The notes under the pieces: generated by a model
Told to the model about the DNA's origin: nothing
Database searches by the model: none
What the model saw: the letters and a program-made list of their open reading frames with translations, nothing else
DNA from: Elusimicrobiota bacterium
GTDB taxonomy: Bacteria > Elusimicrobiota > UBA5214 > JBBAAG01
Length of the DNA: 64,000 nt
NCBI GenBank assembly: GCA_041658405.1
Contig: JBBAAG010000006.1
Coordinates: forward strand, 6,004 to 70,003
Direction of reading: 5' to 3'
Made by a program: the position numbers and the translations under genes
Part shown: one piece after another, positions 54,135-63,375 of the stretch
Numbering within the stretch: the first letter of the stretch is position 1
How the letters are laid out: each line of letters begins with the position of its first letter

Positions 54135-54162
54135 CCCAATACCGCGTTCAATTTTCAATATC

Positions 54163-54657
54163 TTAATTATTTTTTATGGCTTTCTGTTGGGGTAAATAGA
54201 GAAATAGAAGAATAACAGCGCTTATTAATATCATAGCTCCAAAAAAATGTATAGATTCTGATATTAACTGACAGCGTGACAATAATCCTGCTTTTGAAAG
54301 TAACCAGTTCCAATCGTGGATATCTCCGCCTACCAAAGGAAGTACTTGAGCCTGCGCATCTCCCAAATACCATGCTATATTCATTACATTTTCTCCGAAC
54401 CATATTCCGCAAATCGCAGCTTCATATTTCTGTCCACGGCTTACAAATCTTAAGCAAAAGACAGTTGGGAAAAATAATTGCCCTAAAGTACCACCTAAAA
54501 ACCTAATGGTATCTCCGAAAAAAATGAAGATATAATGCCCAGCTTCATGAAAAATTAGATTCACTCCATCGATGAAGTTATATTGGTAGAAGAATATCAA
54601 CCAAATAACATATGGGACAACGCAAATAGAAAAGATTTTTTTTATACCAAAATTCAT
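54163..54657 (-). CDS. small polytopic membrane protein with HExxH motif (putative membrane zinc metalloprotease)
   Basis: 164 aa with four or five TM helices. HEAGHYIF lies at the end of TM1. Confidence 0.45.
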   Translation of the reverse strand: MNFGIKKIFSICVVPYVIWLIFFYQYNFIDGVNLIFHEAGHYIFIFFGDTIRFLGGTLGQLFFPTVFCLRFVSRGQKYEAAICGIWFGENVMNIAWYLGDAQAQVLPLVGGDIHDWNWLLSKAGLLSRCQLISESIHFFGAMILISAVILLFLYLPQQKAIKNN

Positions 54658-54836
54658 TTGTATTATTTCACTATACCGCTCCTATATAAGATTATAACAG
54701 AAATTGGTAAAATAACGCCTTGGGAAAACGTGTCACACGGCTTGTAATTAAACTTTCAAAGTAATGTTAATAAACATTGACACTTCAATCTCTGAAGAAA
54801 AAATATCAGTACGTAACGAAATAATTGATCCTGTTA

Positions 54837-55526
54837 TCAGAGCGTTATTGTCCCGTCTCTCATATTGACAATCCTGCCCGCCGATTCTGCGAGTTGAGTA
54901 TTATGAGTGACCATAATTATTGTCAGGCCTTCATTTTTGTTTAATCTTTTTAAAAGATCGCCAATTTCCCCGCTTCTTTTGGTATCAAGATTCCCGGTGG
55001 GCTCATCTGCAAATAATATACGGGGTTTATTTATAATCGCACGGGCAATCGCAACCCTCTGCATTTCACCGCCGGACAGCTGTGAAGGGAGATGGTTAAT
55101 CCTGTCTCCAAGGCCCAGCATCTCAAGAATTTTCATTACATCATCCTTGGATACAGTTTTTTTGGAGAAGGTTAGCGGAAGAATTGTGCTCTCGTACACT
55201 GTAAGAGTTGGTATTAAATAAAAACTCTGGAAAATATAACCAAAATATTCTCTTCTTATCTTTGTGAAAGCCGTTTCTGATAATACTTTATCTTTCGAAA
55301 AAACAGTATTTCCTGCGATAGTTAATCGTCCTGAACTCGGGTTATCAAGGCATCCCAGTATATTAATAAGTGTTGTCTTGCCCGAACCTGAGGGGCCTAA
55401 GAATGAAATAAAATCGCCGGTTTGGACCTTAAGCGAGACAGTATTCAACGCAAGGATATCCTCACTCCCGCGTGTATATTTTTTTGTAATATTTTCAGCA
55501 TCAATAATGATATTATTTTCTATCAT
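54837..55526 (-). CDS. ABC transporter ATP-binding protein (MacB/LolD-like)
   Basis: Walker A GPSGSGKTTL, signature LSGGEMQRVAIARA, Walker B ILFADEPTGNLD. 229 aa. Confidence 0.85.
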   Translation of the reverse strand: MIENNIIIDAENITKKYTRGSEDILALNTVSLKVQTGDFISFLGPSGSGKTTLINILGCLDNPSSGRLTIAGNTVFSKDKVLSETAFTKIRREYFGYIFQSFYLIPTLTVYESTILPLTFSKKTVSKDDVMKILEMLGLGDRINHLPSQLSGGEMQRVAIARAIINKPRILFADEPTGNLDTKRSGEIGDLLKRLNKNEGLTIIMVTHNTQLAESAGRIVNMRDGTITL

Positions 55527-55528
55527 AA

Positions 55529-56719
55529 CTATACACCCTCCGATTTTATAGCTTCAATAGGCCTTATACTTGCTGCTTTCCACGCGGGATATAAACCGCT
55601 GAGTAGTCCTACCACCACCACAACAAGTATTCCGGCAAGGACTAGCCTGCCATCTATTAAAATAAGTTCACCTGTGGGTGTATAAGGTAATATACGTCTT
55701 ATCAGTAGATCCGTAAGTTTTGACAGCCCGAGAGCCATTAGGTTTCCTAATATACCGCCCGCAAAACAAAGAATCGTTGTTTCAAACATGACAAGTTTGA
55801 ATATATCGGCAGGCATTGCACCGATACTTTTTAGAATTCCTATCTCCTGGAAACGTTCAAAAACAGACATAAGTATTGTATTAATTACGCCTATCATTGC
55901 GATGAGTATGGCAATAATTGCAATAGAAAAAACCATGATCTTTGCCGTTCCGATAAGGCTTATAATAGTCTCTTTTACCTGAGCAAGAGACACGACCTGG
56001 ACATCGGGCAGGTTATAGAGTTGTTCTTCAAGTTTGTCCATATCAGCTTTTTTCGTTGCTTTAATACCGATACCGGTAAGACGCCCGGTCATCCCAAATG
56101 TTTTCTGCAGGACCCTTATCGGCACAAATATGGTTCCATCATCCTGGGTTCCGGTTCTTTTTAGTATACCTGTTACCTTGAGTTCCACGTTTTTTTCCGG
56201 GATAAGAATCATATCTCCGAGCTCCCTTTGTTCAAGTTCTGCTGCTTCATATCCCATAACAACCTCATAGGCATCCGGGTTGTTGAACCATGTTCCGGTC
56301 GAGAATTTTAAATATGATTTCATTGCAGGAAATGTTTCAGGATCAATCCCGAGATATGATGTTATCCCGCCGCTTTCCCCTTTGTTCGGGTCAAACACAG
56401 CCTGCATCAGCATCGGTGTTGTCTTCTCAATTTCTTTATATTTTGTTAATTCCCTTAAAATATTTTCTTCCATGTACCGCAGCCCGGTCCCGCCTTTCAG
56501 CATCAATGTTGCAGCTTCATACGGGCATCCTTTTGCAGTTACAAGTAAATTGAAGCCCATATTATCAATATCCTTATTAAGCGCTCTCTCGTACCCTTTA
56601 TTGAATCCGAGCAGGCTTACTAAAACCCAGGTTGAGAGCGATATACCAATAATTGTTAAAACCGTTCTAGTTTTTTTCCTTAACAGGTTCTTATAAGCGA
56701 CCTGATATATTTTTAGCAT
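55529..56719 (-). CDS. ABC transporter permease, FtsX-like (MacB/LolE-type, 4 TM with large periplasmic domain)
   Basis: 396 aa. It has an N-terminal TM, a roughly 200-aa periplasmic domain and a C-terminal FtsX three-TM bundle. It ends 2 nt upstream of the ATPase gene. Confidence 0.8.
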   Translation of the reverse strand: MLKIYQVAYKNLLRKKTRTVLTIIGISLSTWVLVSLLGFNKGYERALNKDIDNMGFNLLVTAKGCPYEAATLMLKGGTGLRYMEENILRELTKYKEIEKTTPMLMQAVFDPNKGESGGITSYLGIDPETFPAMKSYLKFSTGTWFNNPDAYEVVMGYEAAELEQRELGDMILIPEKNVELKVTGILKRTGTQDDGTIFVPIRVLQKTFGMTGRLTGIGIKATKKADMDKLEEQLYNLPDVQVVSLAQVKETIISLIGTAKIMVFSIAIIAILIAMIGVINTILMSVFERFQEIGILKSIGAMPADIFKLVMFETTILCFAGGILGNLMALGLSKLTDLLIRRILPYTPTGELILIDGRLVLAGILVVVVVGLLSGLYPAWKAASIRPIEAIKSEGV

Positions 56720-56722
56720 ATT

Positions 56723-57364
56723 TCAGTTACCTTTCTTGAATAATGGAAGATGTTTGTTGCTATATATAAATACATCCATAAGGATAAGATTTTTTTTAAC
56801 GGCTCTTAACACAGCTTTAAAATCCTTTACTGATTGCGGATCAGGATTATTGATTATAACCATAGAATCCGGTATATTGAACGTGCCGGATGAAACATCG
56901 TAACTATAAAATTCTTTCAAAGAAAGGTTTATAAATTGCCCGCCAAATGAACTATCCCTGAATTTTGAAGCATACTTTGCTGTTAATTTTTGAATATAAA
57001 AATTCTTGATTACGCTTTTAAGGTCAAGAGCCAGAAATACCTGTATACCCCCGTATACGCCTTTTTGGTTTATACCGTGTATATACCCTATAGTCACTGT
57101 TCCTTTAGAGATCTCATAAATTGTATAGGGTACATCTATTTTTTCATATATGCCGTTAAACTTATCGCCAAGCCTTTCTTCTATCTCCTTAAAAAGTTCA
57201 TTCCCGCCTTTTTTGTCAATGGAAACATACTTGGTTTTATATCCTGTTGACCCGGGAAATAGTCTTTTAACATCCCTGTCAGGGTCGTTTAAATCACAAC
57301 CCACCGCGGCAAAAATATTAGTAGCACTTAAAAGTAAAATCAGGCATAATACGATAGTTCTCAT
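56723..57364 (-). CDS. secreted lipoprotein, possible FMN-binding-like domain
   Basis: Signal/lipobox LLLSATNIFAAVGC. GINQKGVYGGIQVFLALD...YDVSSGTFNIPDSMV loosely resembles FMN_bind domains, but the D-x-x-S/T-G-A-T/S flavinylation motif is imperfect. Confidence 0.4.
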   Translation of the reverse strand: MRTIVLCLILLLSATNIFAAVGCDLNDPDRDVKRLFPGSTGYKTKYVSIDKKGGNELFKEIEERLGDKFNGIYEKIDVPYTIYEISKGTVTIGYIHGINQKGVYGGIQVFLALDLKSVIKNFYIQKLTAKYASKFRDSSFGGQFINLSLKEFYSYDVSSGTFNIPDSMVIINNPDPQSVKDFKAVLRAVKKNLILMDVFIYSNKHLPLFKKGN

Positions 57365-57390
57365 TTATCCTATCCTCCCATAAAAAAGTA

Positions 57391-58413
57391 TCAGATTATT
57401 TTGTATAAATATAACTGGCAAATGATTTTTCCATCTCCTGTTGCCTGGCTATAATTATACATGCTCCTTAGTGTCAGGTATTCATTAATAATGAACGTAA
57501 CTGCGGTATAAAACTTAAAAAATTCATTTTGTCCCGCGGTTTTTTCTAATACAGGCTGAAACTCAATTTTTAACCTGTTCTCATCAAAAAAATTTATGCC
57601 GTATCTGAAAAGAAAACCGTGGACATAATCATTCTGCATATCTCCAATAACGGATTCTAGCCTGAATTCATGGTTATTAACGAAATATGAACAATCAATG
57701 CCCGTCAGAACGGTCCTGGACAATCCGGGGTTCATTCTGTGATAACCCATAAAATCAGCTGTGTTCCCGAAACCAATACTTAACCCGATATTAAAATTAT
57801 CTCTTTCAATAACCCCGTATGCTGTACGCAAATTAATAAGGTAATTTCCTTCAGATATAAACGGCATACCCGAACCTGAAGTTAAGGACAGGTTAATATC
57901 GCCGTTGTTGTAAACCTTGTATAACCCTGCTCCCCAGTCTCTGTCATAACCGAATCCTTCCATTGAAAGGTTCTGAAGCAGATGCGCATGTGTGTCAAGA
58001 TATGAAGACAATCCAAAAGCCGGCCTGCTGTGGCCGAACCATATATCTGCAAACCCAAGTTTTCCTCTGATGTAAGCATTATATACCTGTGTTTCAAAAT
58101 TGTTTTGAAACATATTATTCCATGCAATTCTTCCCTGGAGTGCCAGTATTATACGGTCACCGTAATCCGAAGAAAAACGGTGAAGATAATCAAATCCCAA
58201 AGAAGGCTTCTGCATCGGGTGATTGTATGAAAATGAATAATATTCAAGCTCAGCTTTTGTTGACGAATATCCCAGAACAAACTGTGATTCCAGAAAAAAC
58301 AGCGAATCTGATGCTTCTACCGGCTGGACTGATAAAAGTATTGTGAATACTATTACTATTAGATTTATCAACTTAACCAACATTAAACCTGATTGTGTCG
58401 CTGTATATTTCAT
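57391..58413 (-). CDS. outer-membrane beta-barrel (porin-like) protein, hypothetical
   Basis: 340 aa. The likely start is an internal Met (MLVKLINL...) followed by a signal peptide. Aromatic-rich alternating strands. Confidence 0.5.
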   Translation of the reverse strand: MKYTATQSGLMLVKLINLIVIVFTILLSVQPVEASDSLFFLESQFVLGYSSTKAELEYYSFSYNHPMQKPSLGFDYLHRFSSDYGDRIILALQGRIAWNNMFQNNFETQVYNAYIRGKLGFADIWFGHSRPAFGLSSYLDTHAHLLQNLSMEGFGYDRDWGAGLYKVYNNGDINLSLTSGSGMPFISEGNYLINLRTAYGVIERDNFNIGLSIGFGNTADFMGYHRMNPGLSRTVLTGIDCSYFVNNHEFRLESVIGDMQNDYVHGFLFRYGINFFDENRLKIEFQPVLEKTAGQNEFFKFYTAVTFIINEYLTLRSMYNYSQATGDGKIICQLYLYKII

Positions 58414-58792
58414 CCTGGTTCTTCAGGAACTTTATTTTGACTTCCCATTTGCCTGGCATAACGACATTCACGGGCAGTAGATAGTCGCCTTTTGTGTTCT
58501 GCTTAAATTCTATTTCCTGTGAATCATGCGCGCCTTTCATTGAGGGCATTCCTGAGATACCTGTTATTGTATATTCATTATTATTTTTCCCGTTGGAGTC
58601 AAAAACATTGATTTTAACAATAACCATGCCAAGTGCCGGGTTTTTGTCAAAATCATACTGGAAATAATCTCCGCCGGTTATTTGCACTTTTTCACCGGGT
58701 TTTATTGAGTGTATTTCCCCTGATTTTGTGCATCCCAAAAGTGTACTGAAGATAAGAATTAATACAGTTTTTAGAATAAACTTGTTTTTCAT
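58373..58792 (-). CDS. lipoprotein, hypothetical (YtkA/CopC-like beta-sandwich?)
   Basis: Lipobox FSTLLGC after a signal peptide. 139 aa. Confidence 0.5.
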   Translation of the reverse strand: MKNKFILKTVLILIFSTLLGCTKSGEIHSIKPGEKVQITGGDYFQYDFDKNPALGMVIVKINVFDSNGKNNNEYTITGISGMPSMKGAHDSQEIEFKQNTKGDYLLPVNVVMPGKWEVKIKFLKNQDEIYSDTIRFNVG

Positions 58793-58828
58793 ATTCGCCT
58801 CCTTTACGTTAATTATAGCACACTACTC

Positions 58829-59251
58829 TTAACTTTTTGTTTTACCCTTATTTCCCAGTAATTCTATTTTTGTAATTACATCCAGCGGGTTAAACGGTTT
58901 TATTAAGCATTCATCCAGTCCATACATTTTCCTTATATACTCATAACTATCAGTTAAATAATAACCGGTCATCGCGATTATAGGTATTCCCGATGTTTCT
59001 TCTTTCTTTCTTAATTCATCAGCTACTTGAAACCCGTTTTTTCCTTCCATTTTGAGATCCAGTAAGATAACGTCCGGTTTATGCTTAATTACATTTTCCA
59101 GCGCTTTAGTTCCGTCACTAAATGTTATGGTTTTATACCCGCTTAATTTAAGTGTTTCTTTTAATTCTTCTAAAAACACTTTTTCATCATCAATTATCAT
59201 TACCTTCGTTTTTTTTGTTTTCATTCTTATTGAATTACCTTTCATTCTCAT
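58829..59251 (-). CDS. stand-alone response-regulator receiver domain (CheY-like)
   Basis: KVMIIDDE..., phospho-acceptor loop VILLDLKMEG and IIAMTGY. The start may be the internal ATG at about 59224 (MKTKKTKVMII). Confidence 0.75.
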   Translation of the reverse strand: MRMKGNSIRMKTKKTKVMIIDDEKVFLEELKETLKLSGYKTITFSDGTKALENVIKHKPDVILLDLKMEGKNGFQVADELRKKEETSGIPIIAMTGYYLTDSYEYIRKMYGLDECLIKPFNPLDVITKIELLGNKGKTKS

Positions 59252-59450
59252 AAATCATACGGTTATTATCATAAACTATCCTAATTACAAAAGGGATTGC
59301 TAAATTCCGTATATTATTGATTTTATTCTATGTTAATATGAGATTTATTTGCGGATAAAAGTCAGTAAAAAGCAGAGTTCACCAATTGTATTGTTAGACA
59401 AGTTGAAATATACTTTTAAATTAGATATGAAAATACTGGGGAAGTAAATA

Positions 59451-61121
59451 ATGAATGAAATTTCTGTATTAATTGCAGGTAAAGCCGGATATGGAATCGA
59501 TAAGTCCGGTTCAATAATCGCAAGCCTATTCAACCATTTGGGATACAGGATATATATATACAGGGATTACCCGTCACTTATAAGAGGCGGGCATACTTTT
59601 TCTATTATCCGGGCATCAGGCCAAAAGATCAGTACTCATAGGAACAACGTCGATTTTTTACTTGCATTAAATCAGGATACTATAGACTTTCATAAACAAA
59701 GGTTGAAAGACAATTCTATTATAATTTACGATTCTGATTCAGTCAAACTTCCATCTTTTCCCGTTGAGATACAATCATTTGGTATACCTGTTGCTAAAAT
59801 CCTAAAAACGGAAAACGCAGCTGATATTATGCGTAATACCTGCATCATAGGCGCTTTCTGCAAGGCAGCAGGTATCGGGAAAGATATTATGGAAAAAGTT
59901 ATCAAGAAAAGTATGGCTAAGGAAACAGAGTTAAACACAAAAATTGCAGTCAAAGGGTTTGACGAAACCGGGGTATCCAAACAAATAGATGTTATCGCAC
60001 AAGTTAGCCTGCCAATAATCACGGGTAATGAAGCTATAAGTTTAGGCTTGATTAAAGGCGGATTACAAGCATATATTTCGTATCCCATGACACCGTGTTC
60101 CGGTATTCTCCATTTTTTGGCTGAGATGGCTGAAGAATTTTCGTTGAAAGTCGTTCATCCGGAAAATGAGATTTCTGTGATGCTCATGGCTCTAGGATTT
60201 TCGTATATGGGAGAGAAAGTGGCGGTGGGTACTTCAGGCGGCGGGTTTTGTTTAATGACAGAAGGTTTTAGTTTCAGCGGGATGGCAGAACTACCGGTGG
60301 TTGTTATCGTTGGCCAGCGTCCCGGCCCAAGCACAGGCTTGCCTACGTACACAGGCCAGACCGAACTACATTTTGTGCTTAACGCCGGTCAAGGCGAATT
60401 CTGCCGATTCGTAGTTGCGCCGGGCGATGCGGAGGAAGCATATTATTGGTCCGGAATATCAATGAATATTGCACAGAAATACCAGACTCCTGCGATTATA
60501 TTGTCAGATAAAACATTATCCGAAGGCGCGAGTAGTTTTGATATTGCACAAACAGGGCCGGTAGATGATGAAAAAGGTTTTTTGTGGGACAGAAAAGGCG
60601 AGTATAAACGTTACCTAAATTCAGAGACGGGAATCTCTCAGTTGGCGTTCCCTCCTGACAAAGATGTTGTTATAAAGGTTAATAGTTACGAACATGACGA
60701 ATCGGGAATCACGGCTGAAGAGGCCGGGGTCACAAACAAAATGTTGGAAAAACGGATGCGTAAAGAAGCGTATCTATCATCGGAATTGGAAGATTACAAA
60801 ACAGTGAATGTCGCAGGAAACAGGGATTCACCCACAGGTGTGGTATGCTGGGGGTCAAATAAAGGCGTAGTTTTTGAAGCTGCTGCTAACCTGGGTTTAC
60901 GCGCAATCCATCCGGTGGTACTCTGGCCATTTCCCAGAAAACAGTTTCAGGATGCATTGAACGGAATCACAAAACTTGTCTGTGTGGAAAACAATGCAAC
61001 AGGACAGTTAGCGAAGCTTATCTCCCAATTGGGATACAAAGTGGACCACACAATGTTGCGTTATGACGGCCGGCCGTTTTCCCTGGATGAACTGGAAGAA
61101 AAGTTGAGGATGGAGATATGA
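59451..61121 (+). CDS. 2-oxoacid:ferredoxin oxidoreductase alpha subunit (gamma-alpha fused)
   Basis: The N-terminal gamma-like domain (GKAGYGIDKSGSIIASLFNHLGYRIYIYRDYPSLIRGGHTFSIIRA) is followed by the alpha domain (ISYPMTPCSGILHFLAE). 556 aa. Confidence 0.8.
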   Translation: MNEISVLIAGKAGYGIDKSGSIIASLFNHLGYRIYIYRDYPSLIRGGHTFSIIRASGQKISTHRNNVDFLLALNQDTIDFHKQRLKDNSIIIYDSDSVKLPSFPVEIQSFGIPVAKILKTENAADIMRNTCIIGAFCKAAGIGKDIMEKVIKKSMAKETELNTKIAVKGFDETGVSKQIDVIAQVSLPIITGNEAISLGLIKGGLQAYISYPMTPCSGILHFLAEMAEEFSLKVVHPENEISVMLMALGFSYMGEKVAVGTSGGGFCLMTEGFSFSGMAELPVVVIVGQRPGPSTGLPTYTGQTELHFVLNAGQGEFCRFVVAPGDAEEAYYWSGISMNIAQKYQTPAIILSDKTLSEGASSFDIAQTGPVDDEKGFLWDRKGEYKRYLNSETGISQLAFPPDKDVVIKVNSYEHDESGITAEEAGVTNKMLEKRMRKEAYLSSELEDYKTVNVAGNRDSPTGVVCWGSNKGVVFEAAANLGLRAIHPVVLWPFPRKQFQDALNGITKLVCVENNATGQLAKLISQLGYKVDHTMLRYDGRPFSLDELEEKLRMEI

Positions 61122-61972
61122 TGCAGGAAAAAAATTGGGGAACAAACGCTATTAATACCTGGTGTCCTGGCTGCGGTAATTTTGCAATTTTGAATTCAAT
61201 AAAATCAGTACTAAAGTCGCTGGTTGCGGATAATATATTGGCGGAAAACATAGTCCTTGTTTCCGGAATAGGCTGCGGTGCCAAGATCGTTGATTATATC
61301 AATGCCAACAGTGTTTACTCAATTCACGGCCGGGTTCTTCCTGTGGCAGAAGGAATCAAACTTGCTAACCCGCAGATGAAAGTAATTGGTTTAGCCGGTG
61401 ATGGCGACACTTATGGAGAAGGAATGGAACACCTTGTTTTCGCTGCAAAAAGAAATATTGATATTACCATGATTGTCCACAATAACAGGGTGTATGGGTT
61501 GACTACAGGACAGTACACGCCAACATCGCCGTTGGGTTATAAAGGGCGGTCTACACCTCAAGGGAGTAAGGAGACACCGATAAACCCTCTGGAAATCATG
61601 CTTGCAAGCGGCGCAAGTTTTATTAGCCGCGGTACATCTACTACTATGGAATTGCTAAAAAAACTTATGAGGGAAGCAATAATGCATAAAGGGTTTGCAC
61701 TCGTGGATATCCTGCAGGTATGCGTAACATTTTTTAATATGTATGAATACTACAACAAAAACGTGTATGAACTAGCCGGACATGATCCCGCTGATTACGG
61801 AAAGGCAATGCAGAGAATCAGGGAATGGAATTATAGTAATACCGATGCTAAAATACCGCTAGGAGTTTTTTATAAAAAAGAAATACCGACGTTTGAAGAA
61901 TATTATTTACACCTAGGTAAGGAGACAGAACGCAGTCAAAAAATACATAAAATATTGGAGAATACAATATAA
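61118..61972 (+). CDS. 2-oxoacid:ferredoxin oxidoreductase beta subunit (TPP-binding)
   Basis: ATGA overlap with the alpha subunit gene. WCPGCGNFAILNSI and the GDGDTYGEG TPP motif are present. Confidence 0.85.
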   Translation: MMQEKNWGTNAINTWCPGCGNFAILNSIKSVLKSLVADNILAENIVLVSGIGCGAKIVDYINANSVYSIHGRVLPVAEGIKLANPQMKVIGLAGDGDTYGEGMEHLVFAAKRNIDITMIVHNNRVYGLTTGQYTPTSPLGYKGRSTPQGSKETPINPLEIMLASGASFISRGTSTTMELLKKLMREAIMHKGFALVDILQVCVTFFNMYEYYNKNVYELAGHDPADYGKAMQRIREWNYSNTDAKIPLGVFYKKEIPTFEEYYLHLGKETERSQKIHKILENTI

Positions 61973-62037
61973 AATTGTTACAACCCCCCAAAATAATTAT
62001 ACCAACTGAATTTCTATACTAATCATATTGCTGAATA

Positions 62038-62442
62038 TTATTTTGGAAAGTATTTACGGACTTTTGCTGCAATCTGATGATCCGTCATTTTATCAACTGT
62101 TTCAACGCCAACAATACGGCTGCCGAGGTTGTGTATTTTAAGCCGTTTTATAAGTTCTCCCTTTGCCTCACCGGGGCCAAATATAAGAAGAGCTCCTGCA
62201 TTACGAATACATGCAATTACTGCATCGTAGTATATATTTAGATGTGCTGTAAAAGTTTTCTGGCGGATATCACTTGATGGAACTTTAAGTGATTCATATC
62301 TGCCCTTAAGAGGTGAATCTCCGGAACGACGTAGCTGTTTTTCTACCTTTGATATTATCAGTTTTATCTCTTCCCCTTCGTTCGTAACAGCAAAAATAAT
62401 AGCTTTTCTGTGATCAACCCATAAACCCATTTTTGTTTTCAT
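62038..62442 (-). CDS. hypothetical protein, possible baeRF/Host_attach-like (eRF1-related) fold
   Basis: 134 aa. The N-terminus MGLWVDHRKAIIFAV resembles the conserved start of Host_attach-family proteins. Tentative. Confidence 0.35.
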   Translation of the reverse strand: MKTKMGLWVDHRKAIIFAVTNEGEEIKLIISKVEKQLRRSGDSPLKGRYESLKVPSSDIRQKTFTAHLNIYYDAVIACIRNAGALLIFGPGEAKGELIKRLKIHNLGSRIVGVETVDKMTDHQIAAKVRKYFPK

Positions 62443-62514
62443 CGCATTCCTCCCATAAACTTTTTAAGTCGTCTTTAAAATGTGATCAACTTTCTTTTAT
62501 TAAAAGTCAATAAC

Positions 62515-62605
62515 TTAATAATACTGGTAGATAAAAAATATATGAATTGGCTGGTTCTGCTTTTATGTGACTATTTTCCGCTTATGCAGAATTAATACAC
62601 GTTAG
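62515..62605 (+). repeat. about 100-nt intergenic element copy 2, containing mini-ORF 62542-62595 (MNWLVLLLCDYFPLMQN)
   Basis: tatgaattggctggttctgcttttatgtgactattttccgcttatgcag aligns to 52012-52060. It lies between two minus-strand genes. Confidence 0.5.
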
Positions 62606-62659
62606 CACACATCAGTTCTTTAAGATAAAGTAGTTAATACTCAACAAAAATCCTGTTTT

Positions 62660-63124
62660 TCAAATATTTCTAATTATCCTTGCAGATAAGACTAGTTCCT
62701 TAATTTCTGGCGGTAACTTTTTATTCTGCCATTTTCGTTCTGATTCTACAGGCTTCCCTGCACTTTTCACGGCTTTTAAAGCATACCATGCCGGGCCTAA
62801 CGAATGATCAGCCATATGTGCAGTAGCAACAGCATGGCCTACAGCGCGAGCTACTGCAATTGCTTCCGGGGTTGAAGCTTCACGTGCTACCGCTATTGCG
62901 TCTAATGCCGCTTTTCTCGCATCGCCAACTGAAGCTTTTCCTTGTTTCCATTTTTTTGCTACATCCAGCGTGTTTATTAACCGTTTATCAATTTTCTTGC
63001 CGAAAAGATGTAATACATGTTTTGCACAGGAACATGCCCAGGCCATTAACTGGTAGTGCCGGGCTTTTGTTAGTGGCCCGCCACGGTGTACTGCAATAAA
63101 TCGTTTATCTCTCATATTTTTCAT
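62660..63124 (-). CDS. hypothetical Ala-rich all-alpha cytoplasmic protein (immunity-protein-like?)
   Basis: 154 aa. Repeated A-x-x-A helices (ARKAALDAIAVAREASTPEAIAVARAVGHAVATAHMADH). No family assigned. Confidence 0.4.
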   Translation of the reverse strand: MKNMRDKRFIAVHRGGPLTKARHYQLMAWACSCAKHVLHLFGKKIDKRLINTLDVAKKWKQGKASVGDARKAALDAIAVAREASTPEAIAVARAVGHAVATAHMADHSLGPAWYALKAVKSAGKPVESERKWQNKKLPPEIKELVLSARIIRNI

Positions 63125-63375
63125 GAATCCGTTTATCTTAATAAATCTAATGATAGATCGTTAATGACATTTTACTAACAACACATGTTCATTTCAATCT
63201 GTATTCCATATTGTGTACTATATTTTGTTTGTGTATATATTTTCACAATTGACTTTTTACACTACTAAGCCTTATAATTTTAATACTAATGTTAATATAC
63301 ACTTTGATTGCTTTACTGAACAAAAATGCTGTAAGTATAGAATCCAGGAACGGTATTTCTATTTTCAGTAGTTTT

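Noticed and set aside
56034-56696. Several + strand ORFs (78-138 aa) inside the FtsX permease gene
   Set aside because: Antisense to a well-supported FtsX-like CDS.
59726-60088. 120-aa minus-strand ORF inside the OFOR alpha gene
   Set aside because: Antisense to a motif-supported CDS.
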